In this document: positions 1-11,577 of the stretch, piece by piece
Position numbering within the stretch: the first letter of the stretch is position 1
Layout: each line of letters begins with the position of its first letter
Assembly: GCA_024679065.1 (NCBI GenBank)
Contig: JAGIQG010000013.1
Coordinates: forward strand, 56,482,001-56,546,000
DNA: 64,000 nucleotides
Direction: 5' to 3'
Source: Sphyrna mokarran
Lineage: Eukaryota
The notes under the pieces: model-generated
What the model was told of the DNA's origin: nothing
Databases searched by the model: none
Seen by the model: only the letters and a program-made list of their open reading frames with translations
Made by a program: the position numbers and the translations under genes

Positions 1-573
1 AATAACCCATTGGTTGAGAAGCACTTTGGAATATCCTGAGGGCATAATAAAAATGTAATGAATGCAAGTTATTTCTCTATAAGCAAGACCCATCTGGAGT
101 CTTTCAGAATGATGAAACAGCACCATTTCTCATTCCCTGGTAGAAACTCTTTCAGGATGAAATGTTAGACATTGCAAAAGCTCGATGTGCCCACAGAGCC
201 AGGGTATCTGTGCCAGAAATAAAATGCTACTCAAAACCATATGTTTTTGTGCTGTGAATCCCTCATGACCAAGGGATAATGAGGGAAGAAGTTCCCATGG
301 AATGTTAATGAGAAACTCAACACATATTGTTTGGGTTTTAAGAATCTGAGTACGCGACACAAGCAACTTTATTTTAATTAACTTACTATGGAAATGAACA
401 TTTAAAAACGATGGCAAAGCGAAGAGCTACTGGCAATCTTCCCATGACCCTGCGTGGTTCACACAGATCACAGAGCTGATTTTAACATTTGCATAACTGA
501 CTAATCAAGTGTATCTATAGTGAAGTAGCAGTGGCGATGGTGAGGCACTCATTAGGATAGGGAACTGATGGAC

Positions 574-770
574 AGTAAAGAGGAGGGGTAGGAAGGGGAA
601 TGGAGGGGGAGTGGAGGGAGGGGGAGTGGAGAGAGGAATGGGGAGGGTAGGGTGTTGCCAAATGGGTGTTTTGCTGCAGCTCGCCAAATTGAGACCTTCT
701 AATGTTGGCTTGTTGTGGTAAGGTAAGTCTGGGCAAAAGGATCATGATTGGGGATGGTGGAGTGCCTGGG
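574..770 (+). repeat. Copy 1 of a ~190-bp local direct repeat with G-rich head
   Basis: Aligns by eye with 1244-1432 (shared aatgggtgttttgctgcagct..ccaaattgagaccttc..ggtaaggtaagtctgggcaaa). Confidence 0.85.
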
Positions 771-1243
771 TGTAGACAGATTATTTTTGTTCACGATTTG
801 AAGGAACATGTGCTGTATTTCCCAGAATGTGTGCAGAACATTTGCTACCAGTTTTAGTCCAACATCGACAAATCCCATAATAAAAGCAGCTGATCTGCAA
901 GCTCTTTGGGCACCCAAACCTCGGTCCATTTGAAATTGTCACCAGCATCTTCAGTGGTGTTAATGAGGCAGTAAAGCTGAATTTTGAGGCCTTTATTGCT
1001 TCCATTCACACTGGGTATAGAACGGAAAATTGACTCGAGGAAGTCTCCTATCACTGCCCTTTATTTTAAAAAATATTCTATAAACAAAATAAGGCAAACC
1101 TCCTGGAAACCTAATTTTGCGATTAATAAAATGCATTTAATACATCAGAAATTTTTGAAACCATCTGTGCCTCAGTTTCACTGGTTAAAATCCCAGTCAC
1201 TGTAAAACCTGAGGCCTTTCACCGGTATTTAGGAAGAAGTTAT

Positions 1244-1432
1244 AGTAAGGAGGAGGGGTAGGAAGGGAAATGGGGGAGGATTGGAAGGGGTAGTGGAGGA
1301 AGGTAAGTTGTTGCCTAATGGGTGTTTTGCTGCAGCTTGCCAAATTGAGACCTTCCAATATTGGCTTGTTGAGGTAAGGTAAGTCTGGGCAAAGGGATCA
1401 TGATCGTGGAAGGTGGAATGCTTCCATTGGGT
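1244..1432 (+). repeat. Copy 2 of the ~190-bp local direct repeat
   Basis: Same sequence as 574-770 with scattered substitutions and indels in the G-rich part. Confidence 0.85.
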
Positions 1433-1622
1433 AAGGTCCAGGCTATGTTATTGTTCTAATGCAACTTTAAACTTGACACCCTTGTAAGATCAAGCCGAAT
1501 GCACTGATTCACATCTAGGGGGTAATACTTTTCTCACTCTTGAGAAATTTAGATGTCCTAAGCCCAAATAATTTCAGACTAATAAAAATGCATGAAACAG
1601 TACATTGCAAGGAATGCCTTAC

Positions 1623-1725
1623 CTCAGCCTCTGAATGTTGGATGTGATTCCTGAGAGCCTGTAGACCCCGTCTACGATGCCATGTTTCTCAATGAATTCT
1701 GCACAGCTTTTAAGGACTTGAGGAA
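1623..1725 (-). CDS. ARHGAP31: Coding exon 2 of ARHGAP31-like gene (start of RhoGAP domain with arginine finger)
   Basis: Acceptor cttctcttcacacag|, 103 nt encoding (V)PQVLKSCAEFIEKHGIVDGVYRLSGITSNIQRL(R), donor AG|GTAAGG. G-x-Y-R-L-S-G arginine-finger motif. Not in the ORF track. The gene continues beyond position 1. Confidence 0.95.
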
Positions 1726-2311
1726 CTGTGTGAAGAGAAGAGGTGGCAAGTTGGTTCAGTTCTCAATGTAATGCTTTATCTAATCTCTCTTTACCTCAGT
1801 TACCTAAATTAAAATACAAGATCCAGCGGCCTCTGGATAGAAACACATTTTTTTAATTGATCAATTTAATAGCGTATCTTTGACTGAACCACAATCCACA
1901 AGAGAAAACAAGATTAGATTTGAAAACAGTGTCCATCCCTTTTCGTCAATCCATTTATAAAAATTCTAAAGTATTACAAAGTATTTACAGCACAGCAACA
2001 AGCTATTCGACCCAACAGGTCCATCTGGATGTTTATCTTCTATTTGAACCTCCCCCAGACTTCTTTATTTAACCCCCAATATAATTTTCTTCAATTGGAA
2101 CACAAGCCCTCGAAACAGAGCTGTATCAAACAACATTGCCACCTAGATAATGTACCATGCAAAGCTTCTGGCAAGTGATTGTGAGGGGAGCAATGCTTAT
2201 GTGGAAAAAGTAATTATGTCGCAGTCTGAAATTTCTAAGTGCCTACCTTAAGATAAGATGCACTGAATCAAACAATACTCAGCAATAGCTATGAGCTCAT
2301 GTAAAAGACTG

Positions 2312-3210
2312 ACATTCACGGTAAAGGGGATGGAGTATAAGAGTAGGGAAATCTTGCTACAACTGTACGAGGCATTGGTATGACCACACTTGGAGAACTG
2401 TGTACAATTCTGGTTTTCCTTTGTGAAGAAAGAATATGCTTCCAATGGAAGCTGTTCAGAGAAGCTTCACAGGTTGATTGGAAGGATGAACAGTTGTCTT
2501 ATGAGGTAAGGTTGAGCTTGTAATCAATGAAGTTTAGAAAAATGAGAGGCGATCTATTGAAACATATTAGGCATCATCACAGTGGTTAGCACTTCACAGC
2601 TCCAGGGATCTGGGTTCAATTCCCAGCTCGGGTCACTGTGTGGAGTTTGCACATTCTCCTTGTGTCTGCGTGGGTTTCCTCCAGTTGCTCCGGTTTCTCC
2701 CACGGTCAAAGATATGTGGGTTAGATTGATTGGCCATGCTAAAATTGCCCCTTATTGTTCTAAGATGCTTAGGTTAGAAGAATTAGTGAGTAAAATATGT
2801 AGGGATATGGGAATAGGGCCCGGGTGGGATTATGGTTTGTGCAGATTCAATAGGCTGAAGGGCTTCTTTCTGCACTATAGGATTCTATGATTAGCTTCTG
2901 AGGGGGCTTGACAGGGTGGAAGCTGAGAGGATGATTCTTCTGTTGGGGCAATTTAGAACTCTGAGCCACAGGAGCAGTTAAGGCAGAGACGGGGAGAAGT
3001 TTCTTCTCTGAGGTGGTTAATCTTTGGAAATCTCTAAGAGAGCAGTGAAAGCTGGGTCATTAAATATATGCAAAACTGAGTTTGACAGATGTTTGATTTT
3101 CAAGAGAATCAAAGGGTTATGGTAAACAGGTAGGAAAGTAGAGCCATGATTTTATTGAACAGCAGCCTTGAGGGGGCAACCAGCCTACACTTGCTCCTAT
3201 TTTTTATGAC
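2312..3210 (+). mobile_element. Degenerate CR1/HER1 LINE 3' fragment, interrupted by an HE1 SINE
   Basis: Decayed EYKSREILLQLYEALV.PHLENCVQFW reading; CR1 3' tail at ~3150-3210. Confidence 0.8.
2570..2890 (+). mobile_element. HE1-type V-SINE (tRNA head, V domain, HER1 tail)
   Basis: cagtggttagcact head, gggttcaattcc B box, V core gtgtggagtttgcacattctcc..gggtttcctcc..ctccggtttctcccac, tail gattctatg; possible ATTAG TSD. Confidence 0.9.
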
Positions 3211-4319
3211 CTTAGGATCTTTCTTGCCATTGTCCCAGCTCAACATTTGAATGAATCTGAGATCAAATGACATGCTGCATAGATGCATGGATACTACTTC
3301 ATGTTTACTTTAAAATTATACTTTTAAAGGTAAGATAATAACATGCAAAGGAGTTATTGCCACATATCATGTTTATATTCCTGTGAGAAGGCTGCAGTTA
3401 TCAGTAGAAATATGCCCCAGGAGAAAACTCAAGTGGGATCGAGAACATCTTCAAAATGACCTGAGCAATTTCTGAAATTGCTGAAGATGTCTCTTTGATT
3501 GATTTCAGATATACTGCAGGATTTAACTCCACTATCCATGGCGTTCAGAACTAAGAAATGAGACATGCAATAAATAGATTTCCAACCTTCACTGAGATTC
3601 CCTACAGAATGGAAGTGTTCTCCTACATGGGATTGAGAAAGGGATTTAGACATTCTTTCACTCTCAGGGATGTTTCAAGCAATTCCTGGCAGAATTAAAT
3701 AAAAAGAAACAACCCAGAAATAACTACAAAGATCGATTAATGGAAATAAATCTCTTGAAATAAAATCCTGGTCTCAGGGCTTACTCTGTGCAAACAGCCA
3801 TCAGAACTTCAAGGAATGAGGACAGAATACAAAATACAGTGGGGAATCTCCCATTACTGTTTTCTTCAATGTTTCCTTAACATAAAGCAACAAAACCACT
3901 GAGCACAATACCATAGCACACAACAGGGTGACTTAGAAAGTGACAGTTTCATGTGTGGTCGCACACTGAACAAACTCCGCAGTGTTAGGAGTCAACACTG
4001 CATCCTCACCCTGCCGCGGTGAAATGGAGATTTCTGTCAGCCCAGACCGGGTGGTGGAGTGCTGCCAGCCGGAGTTGTTTGGGTTGCACTGTGTGTGACT
4101 TTGTGCTCACTATGGCTGGAGCACAGCAACAAATAATGGGCTGGGAGAATGGTGAAACAAGAGACTCCTGATTCTGTGACACAGAATGCATACATACTCA
4201 CATATTCACACAATGCTCATTTTGCTTAATATCGTTTTTCACTCCACTAAGAATTCAGTTTAGAAATTCCAAGAAAAATGTTTATTGTTTGACAAATAAA
4301 CTGTCCCACCATATACAAG

Positions 4320-4632
4320 GAATCTCTACAATGCAGAAGGAGGTCATTCGGCCATTGCGTCAACTCTGACAACAATCCCACCCCTATCCCTATAATTCTA
4401 CTAACCCTCTAACCTACACATCCCAGGACATTAAGCAGCAATTTAGCATGCCCAATCAATCTAATCTGCACATCTTTGGACTGTGGGAGCTAACCAGAGC
4501 ACCCAGAGGAAACCCATGCAGACACAGGGAGAACATGCAAACTCCATACAGACAGTGACCCAAGCTGGGAATTGAACCCAGGTCACTGGAGCTGTGAGAT
4601 AGGAGTGCTATCACTGTGCCACCATGCCACCC
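4320..4632 (-). mobile_element. HE1-type V-SINE
   Basis: Reverse complement of the same head, V core and tail. Confidence 0.88.
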
Positions 4633-4689
4633 ATATCTGTGAACAATTTGCAGGGAAGCTAGATTGCAAACTGTAGCCAGGAATTTTAC

Positions 4690-5070
4690 AATAAAGTCTG
4701 AAGTTTTGGGGTTTAAATCTCATTCTAAATTCTGACATATAATGCAGGTTGGTAATTCAGTGCAGTAATGAAGGAGTGCTGTGCACTCTTTCAGACAAGA
4801 CGTTGAAGCTAGGTTTCACCCAGACACTCAGGTCAATATAAACACAACATTGTTCGAAGAAGAGAAGTCTTTTCGGTATTCTTGGTAAATTCTTCTGTCA
4901 ACCACACCAAGGTTATCTGCTATTTGCTGTTTGTGGGAGCTTGCTGTGCACAAGTTAGAAGATATGTTTTCAAAACAGCTGCAGCAAATATCCTTCAAAA
5001 ACACTTCATTGGTTGTAAGGGGCTTTGGAGTCACAAAAGTTACTATATCAATGCAAATTCTTTCTTTTAT
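4690..5070 (+). mobile_element. Deu-domain SINE (SacSINE1/AmnSINE1-like), degenerate
   Basis: cagtgcagtaatgaaggagtgctg..ctttcagac-agacgtt core; 3' gctgtttgtgggagcttgctgtgcaca..aatgcaaattctttcttt. Confidence 0.7.
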
Positions 5071-5564
5071 TGCCTGTAGAAGTTATTGCCAGGTACTGTT
5101 CCAGAGTGGTGAGAATCATGAATATACTGTCAGCTAAGCTGAGCTCTCAAAATTGGGTAAAGCAGGACGACATGCTAGTTTAACTTGACTCCTGACTCTA
5201 AAAGTGATTTAAGCTGAGGGTTATATTAAGTAAGGCCCAGCAATGGTTGCTAAATACCAAGATTAATGGTGCTTACCATTATTAATGTGTGAATGTCCAG
5301 CAATTTATAGTAAGGAAACAGTAATCCATAGACTGTGAATCACCACAAGATGCTGGAGGGCTTGCACTGCTTTGCTGTTAGCCTTGTGAAAATAGAAGCT
5401 CATCCTGAACTTCTCCATGAGTTTCATGAAATGAGTGCATTTGTGCATTAATTACCAATTAAAATCATTACAAGAGCTGGTACTTACAGCACGAGTACCT
5501 TTTTAATGAGTAAATTCATGCTCTTGTAATACTAATCAACTTCTCTGGTCAAGGAAGGAAACAC

Positions 5565-5780
5565 AGTATCCTGATTTGGAAATATATTGCTGTTCCTTCA
5601 CTGTTGCTGGGTGAGAATCCTGAAACCCCCTCCCTATCAGCACTGTGGGTATACCCACACCATATGGACTGCAGCAGTTCAGGAAGGCAGCCCACCACTA
5701 CCTTCTCAAGGGTATTTAGGGATGGACAAAAAATGCTGATCTAATCAGTTGGGATCACATTCCACAAATGAGTAAAAAGT
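5565..5780 (+). mobile_element. 3' end of a second CR1/L2-group LINE family (ORF ending GLQQFxKAAHHxLLKG)
   Basis: Same terminal sequence recurs at 16690-16910, 40695-41455(-), 45660-45920, 60975-61545(-) and 61870-62055(-). Confidence 0.7.
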
Positions 5781-6897
5781 AATCAGATAATTGGAATCAA
5801 GTGATTTTGAATTAAGGCAGCACAGATGTATAATATACAGGAAGTGAATTGAAAAGAGACTAAATTGGATAGAACAGGACAAAAGCAGAATGTTACTGCG
5901 GTAACACACATTCTTTTAAAGGCGCATGTCCATCAGAAAAAATGCATTAATTTTTTTCAATGTTATTCTCCAAGTGTGGCTTTGGGTTTGGCACTGTGGA
6001 GACCACCTCATCCTTTGCTTTACGTAATTGCTAAATAGAGATTTCAAACGGCTCTTTCCAGTGCAAGCAGGAAGACTGAGGTCACGGGAAGTGAAAATTA
6101 GTTGTTTGTTTCAGTAGAAAAAAGCAACACACCCAAAATGTGAATGTTCTGCTTGTGTTGAATGCAGCCTTACATTTTGCAACAGAATTAAGCTTTCTGT
6201 CTCAAGCTGTGCAATCTGCAGTGTGGGGAAAAAGGGGATTATATAGATCTATTCCTCAATTGGAGGGGATCGAAGTGTATTCCGGGAAAAATAGGGAAAT
6301 CGTTGTTTCACTCTTTCTAATAGATTTTCATTTTTAGTAAGCACATTGTCCTATAGCACATTCTATAGTTTATAAAATATACTACTGGAGACTTGCAAAC
6401 ATCACATTAGTATCTTTGTTGCAACATTATAGGATTTCTAGTTGTTATTTCACCAAAAACTTTAACAGAATCAAAACTGTTCACTCTGAGATAAACTACA
6501 TTAAATTGTCCATGTGTAAAAACAGGCTGAGGGATGTTAAACACAAAATTTGTCAAGAGTTTAGCCTTGTGACTTGTTTCTAGTCATCAAACAGAGATGT
6601 CTAATTGGCACTGTCTGTTCCTGAATTAAAAGGGAGGGTTTACATTGGTTGAACTCAATATTATTTGAAAAATATTTCCTTGAAATCTCCAGTTATAATT
6701 TCAGCATTGAATATTTGAAGGAAACAGTTTCCTAATTACTAAAGTGGTTCCATGACAAGGCTTTTGTTTAGGATTCATTCTTCACAGCAGCATTATAATT
6801 GCTGTTTTGTTGAAACTGATTTTGGGACTGAATTTTCATCCTTGAGGCAGGTAATGAGAATTGAGATTAGACAACAGAACTACCAGTCAAGCAATGA

Positions 6898-7018
6898 TTT
6901 CCCTGGGGCTCAGCTGTTTCAACGGTCTTTTGAATTTCTGGGCTCTAAGTCAAGAAAGCATAATGAGATTTGGCCCAGAAATTCATTAGACTGTTGAAAC
7001 AGCTGAGCTGCAGGGAAA
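6898..7018. repeat. Isolated 46-bp inverted repeat (41/46 matches) with 29-nt loop
   Basis: 6898-6943 tttccctggggctcagctgtttcaacggtcttttgaatttctgggc pairs with 6973-7018 gcccagaaattcattagactgttgaaacagctgagctgcagggaaa. Confidence 0.9.
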
Positions 7019-7651
7019 CATAGCTTTAAAGCTCTCTCTCTCTCTCTACACATTGTTTATTATTCATTAAGTTAAAGAGGATTCAAGTGTTTGTAGTTTC
7101 TGCTAATGATGCATTAAAGGGTCTGGATGACTAATACTTTTATTAGTTTGTGGAAAAGTTTATTTTTACAGAAAGTAGGAAATTAGTTATGAATGACTGC
7201 TTTTAACCATTTAAAAAAATATTTCTTTGTCAAGGTAGTATTTATTGTTTATTTACAGTATAGAATGAATGAATGGATATGGAGGTGCCATAGCTTGAAT
7301 GGGGGGCATAAGAGGTCATGGGGATAGTAAATGGCAAAGATAGGGATGGGGGAAGCATAGGGAATGGGTGGGGGGTATAATTTAGCATGGGAGACATGAA
7401 GAGCATCTTTTGAATTTAATTTCTAAAAATTTCCCTCCTGTACAGAATGATTTATGACACCTCTGAGATGTCATGAATCATGAATCTTTGAAAAACTGTC
7501 TCAACTTGTGGAAATTTTGTGGGGACTAGTACATAGTCTCAATGAAGCTGGCCAGGTCAGCTTCATGACCTGGAGTGCAGGGCCCTGATTCATAACTTGA
7601 ACCAACGCACCTTTAAAAGGTTTAAATGAAAATTAGACATATGGAAATGGA

Positions 7652-7773
7652 CTCTGACAAGGGTCATCCAGACTTGAAATGTTAGTTCTGTTCTCTCTCT
7701 ACGGATGCTGAGATTTTCCAACATCTTCTATTTTTGTCTCGGATTCCAGCATCTGCAGTAATTTGCTTTTATC
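7652..7773 (+). mobile_element. Short Penelope-terminus-like repeat with degenerate hammerhead core
   Basis: ctgac(g)aagggtcatccagacttGAAAtgtta followed by tctctc..cggatgctg..gagattttccaacat; related copies at 37805, 42576, 59862, 60406 and 60659. Confidence 0.65.
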
Positions 7774-8974
7774 CAGGAACTGGCTCCTGATTGCCATTTT
7801 ATGAAGCCTTGCCAACTCCATGAAAATCCTTTGTGTGGTGAGATGCCCATTGAGATTATCCAGTGCAGGAACCCTGGAAAGTATAGAGTGTTGTCATTTT
7901 CCTCATTGTCTCCCTGCTCTTTATCAATTCTATCTGATCAGTCACGGAAACAATCTCTCCAACTAGCAAATGTTGTTTGGCTCTCCTTGCCTTCAGCTAT
8001 TTTTCAATCTCCACTTCAAACCTGCTCCCTATCCTGAAAAACTGCCCCAAATTGTGGAAGGTTTGGGGGTATTAGAATATGCCTATACTCTCAATGGAGC
8101 CAGCCAGGTTGGGAATACAGAGCCCGGATTTGAACCAACCCAAATCCTTAAAAGGCTCCACTGAAAATTAGATAGTGCTGAAATGGGATCCACGAACTGG
8201 ACTCACTGGGGTCCACCAACCGTACTACTACCCTGCCATTGACATCCATTGGGAACTGCATGTACATCTCAAGCTTCAGTCCTCCCAGTGTTCACGTGCC
8301 TCTGTACTTGCCAAGCACTGCCCACTAAATAATCCCATAGTCCTTAAAGTGACCAATGAAAACACTCCAGACAGACAAAAACTGAGTATTATTTTTACGG
8401 ATTTAATTTGGGTACTAATAAATATTTTATGAAGCTATTACAGGTGAACATTTGGAAATGTTTTACATTGTATTATGAAGAAACCATTCTCATATAAAAT
8501 ATATGAGATAATTGTATGTTTCGTTACACTCAAATAAAATGCTTATGATAATGCATGTTCTCATGTATAAGTTATGAAGTTACAGCACATCCTGCTTTGT
8601 ATATTTCCCATGAGAAGAATGTAGGTCAGGGGTTGAGACTGTTGGTCCTGAAGGAAGTTCCTTAGTCTCAGGGGCCTGGTTGCTGCCTTGATTTGAGAGC
8701 AGTGCCCCTAATGGCCAATTACACCACTGCAGCATAATTAGTTCCAAGTGGGTCTCCAGGAAGAGACTCCATCTTAACTGTTACGTCCCCAGTTTCAGAA
8801 GAAGACCAAATGGTACTTATTTTGATTGGCATCTTTCCTACACATGTTTCAGCCACATGTTTCTCTTGTGAGAGAGAGTGCACTAGGTCACAGAAGAGGA
8901 TACATTTTGTAGCCAGCAGCAAGTCTGCTCATTGTGAACCTCTCTCACCAGTGAAAATACCAAGGCAACACTAT

Positions 8975-9400
8975 GAACATTTGAACTAGGAGCACGAATA
9001 GGCCATTCTGCCCTTTAGAGCCAGCTCCATATTTAATAAGATCATGGTTGATCTGATTGTGACCTCAACTCTATAGTTCTGCCATCTCCGTTATCCTTTG
9101 ACTCCCTTCTTAGTCAAAAATTTATCTACTCTATCTTAAAAATATTAAGTGGCCCCTGCCTCCACTGCTCTCTGGGGAAGAGTTCCAAAGACTATAAATA
9201 CTGAGAAAAAGAAATTTCCTCAGGTGGATCCCACTAAAGTCAAGGGAGTTTTGAATGGCTCACTGCATTTTATGGCACTACACCCACTGTGACAGGGCGG
9301 TAAAACTCCAACCCTCATCTCCATCTTAAATGGACAATCCCTTATTTTTAAACTGTGTCCTCTGGTTCTTGTCTTTCTCGTAAAGGCAAACATCCTCATG
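8975..9400 (-). mobile_element. CR1/HER1 3' fragment
   Basis: Minus frame reads RKTRTRGHSLKIRDCPFKMEMR; tail at ~8975-9060. Confidence 0.75.
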
Positions 9401-9543
9401 AGGCAGTACAGCAGTACAGTGGTTAGCACTGCTGCCTCACAGAGTTTGGGGTTACAGGGATAGGGCCTGGGTGGAATTGTTGTCAGTGCAGACTCGATGG
9501 GCTGAATGGCTTCCTTCTGCACTGTAGGGATTCTATGATTCTA
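9401..9543 (+). mobile_element. Internally deleted HE1 SINE (head joined to tail)
   Basis: cagtggttagcactgctgcctcacag directly followed by ggggttacagggatagggcctggg..gattctatgattcta. Confidence 0.8.
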
Positions 9544-9589
9544 TTTGCCTTGGCTGAGCCGGGTTTCCTGGATTAATGAGACTGGACTG

Positions 9590-10060
9590 GAAAGTGATTG
9601 TCTAGTCGGTCAACACACTTGCCTCCAAATTACTACATTCTGTGTTCATTGCCGGGGCTTCGGCATGTAAATCAAGCTGACATTGCAATGCAGTATGGAT
9701 GGAGCAGTGCATTGCCTACATTACAGCAGTGCTATCTTCTCGATGTGATGGTAAACTGAGGTCTCATCTGTAGAACAAAATAACCCATGGCTCTATTTTG
9801 AAGAAGCAAAGTTATATTGGCCATGACACTAAGTTATCTTAGTGTCATGGCCAATATTTATTCCTCAAATGTCCAACACTACAAACAGATTATCTGGTGT
9901 CTATCATGGCTGCTTGTGGGATTTTGCTGAATCCAAATTGGCTTCCGATTTGCCTACATTACAGTAGGGATTACACTTCAAAAAAACACTTCATTGCTTG
10001 TAAAGTGCTTTGAGACTTCCAATGATTTTGAGAGATGTTATATGAATACAAGTCCTTCTA
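9590..10060 (+). mobile_element. Deu-domain SINE, degenerate, containing a perfect 20-bp hairpin
   Basis: gctgacattgcaatgcagtatggatggagcagtgcattg core and typical 3' end; hairpin at 9814-9857. Confidence 0.7.
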
Positions 10061-10419
10061 TTTTTTTTTGGGAGTTCTGTACAGAATAGTTTAATGCAGG
10101 GACGTGATGAGTGCATGTGAGGAAGTGTGACCCTTTCTGGCCACAGTCTCTCCAGCAGCTGTCTGATAGGGAAGAATGAAACTTGTGTTTATGTAGGGAG
10201 TACTCTGTGTGACGTGTGAATCTGAGATTGGCTCTGTGCATTTTCCATCATTCCTTGGTGTTTGTGACTCTGTCTGTTTCTGTTCCTCCCGCTTCAGGCC
10301 AGGCCCCATTGTCAGGTTTCCTTTAGGTTTTGAAATTGCATCCAGGAAGTAGAGTGGATGAAAAGCTAAAGCCTTGCAGAGTTCTGGAGGTAGTAATTCA
10401 GGGGGGAGAGTGGGATGAA

Positions 10420-11055
10420 ATATTTATCGCGAGAGGGATGGAGTTGAAAAGCACGGAGGTCTTGTTGCAATTGTACAAGCTATTGGTGAGGCCACATCTA
10501 GAGTACTGTGTGCAATTTTGGTCCCCTTATTTAGGAAAGGATATATTACCTTTGGAGGGAGTGCAGAGAAGATGCACCAGGTTAATACCAGAGATGAGGG
10601 GGTAAGTTTATGAGGAGAGATTGGGCCTGTGCTCACTGGAGTTTAGAACGCTGAGGGGAGATCTCATAGAGACATATAAGATAATGAAGGAGCTATACAG
10701 GGTAGAAGCAGAGAGATTATTTCCACTGAGAATGGAAACAAGAACTAGAAGGCACAGCCTCAAAATAAGAGGGAATCAATTTAGAACAGAGTTGAGGAGG
10801 AACTTCTTCTCCCAGAGGGTAGTGAATCTTCGGAATCCGCTGCCCATTGAAGTAATGGAGGCTACCTCGTTAAATGTGTTTAAGTCACAGATAGATTTTT
10901 GACCAAAAAGGGAATTAAAGGTTATGGGGAGCAGGCAGGTAAGCGGAACTGAACCATTATCAGATCAACCATGATCTTATTGAATGGCAGGGCAGGCTCG
11001 GGGGGATAGATGACCTACTCTAGCTCATATTTCTTACGTTCACATGTTCTTACGT
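10420..11055 (+). mobile_element. CR1/HER1 LINE 3' fragment
   Basis: ORFs LLQLYKLLVRPHLEYCVQFWSPY and LRGDLIETYKI..RRNFFSQRVVN; tail ttcttacgttcacatgttcttacg. Confidence 0.9.
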
Positions 11056-11577
11056 AGCTGAAGGATGAGCACAGGCTCCCATGGAAGAGCACATGGAATC
11101 CCTTTGCTATGTTAAGCATTTCAACAAGTTGTCTTGAGTCCCCTTTGAAGTTTGCCACTGTACAAAACTAGAGAAAGGGTGATAGACCTCAGATTGTTAA
11201 AGAGGAGCTCCTCTCAAGCTAAGAAATTGTATTTGCTTTATATTTAAACTGATATTATTGAATAATCCCTTTCATATAGGTGACTGATTAGAATTAAGAA
11301 TCAGCATGGATCCAGTTTCAGGACTTTAGCATCAGGACATAGAAACCTTCTCAATGACACTCTTCTTAAATTCAGTGGTCATTTAACTTAGGTCACTCCT
11401 ATTATATGTAATAAATCAATGGCTTAGGACAGCGAGCACTATATATGTTGGTCAGAAGGTGTAAAATGATTTTCCGTCAAACATGTACAGAAGTTTAACT
11501 CTTGTTCTAATTGAGGAATATAGAAAGACAATGAAAACATGAAAAAAACTGAATTAGGATATATCAGCCTTATTATG

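Noticed and set aside
2570-2640. tRNA-like A and B boxes here and in other SINE heads
   Set aside because: SINE heads without a complete cloverleaf; not tRNA genes.
4006-4191. GC-richer segment with a minus-strand donor (AGG|GTGAGG at 4010) as an alternative first coding exon
   Set aside because: The frame compatible with exon 2 has upstream stops and no ATG; a non-coding exon cannot be shown from sequence.
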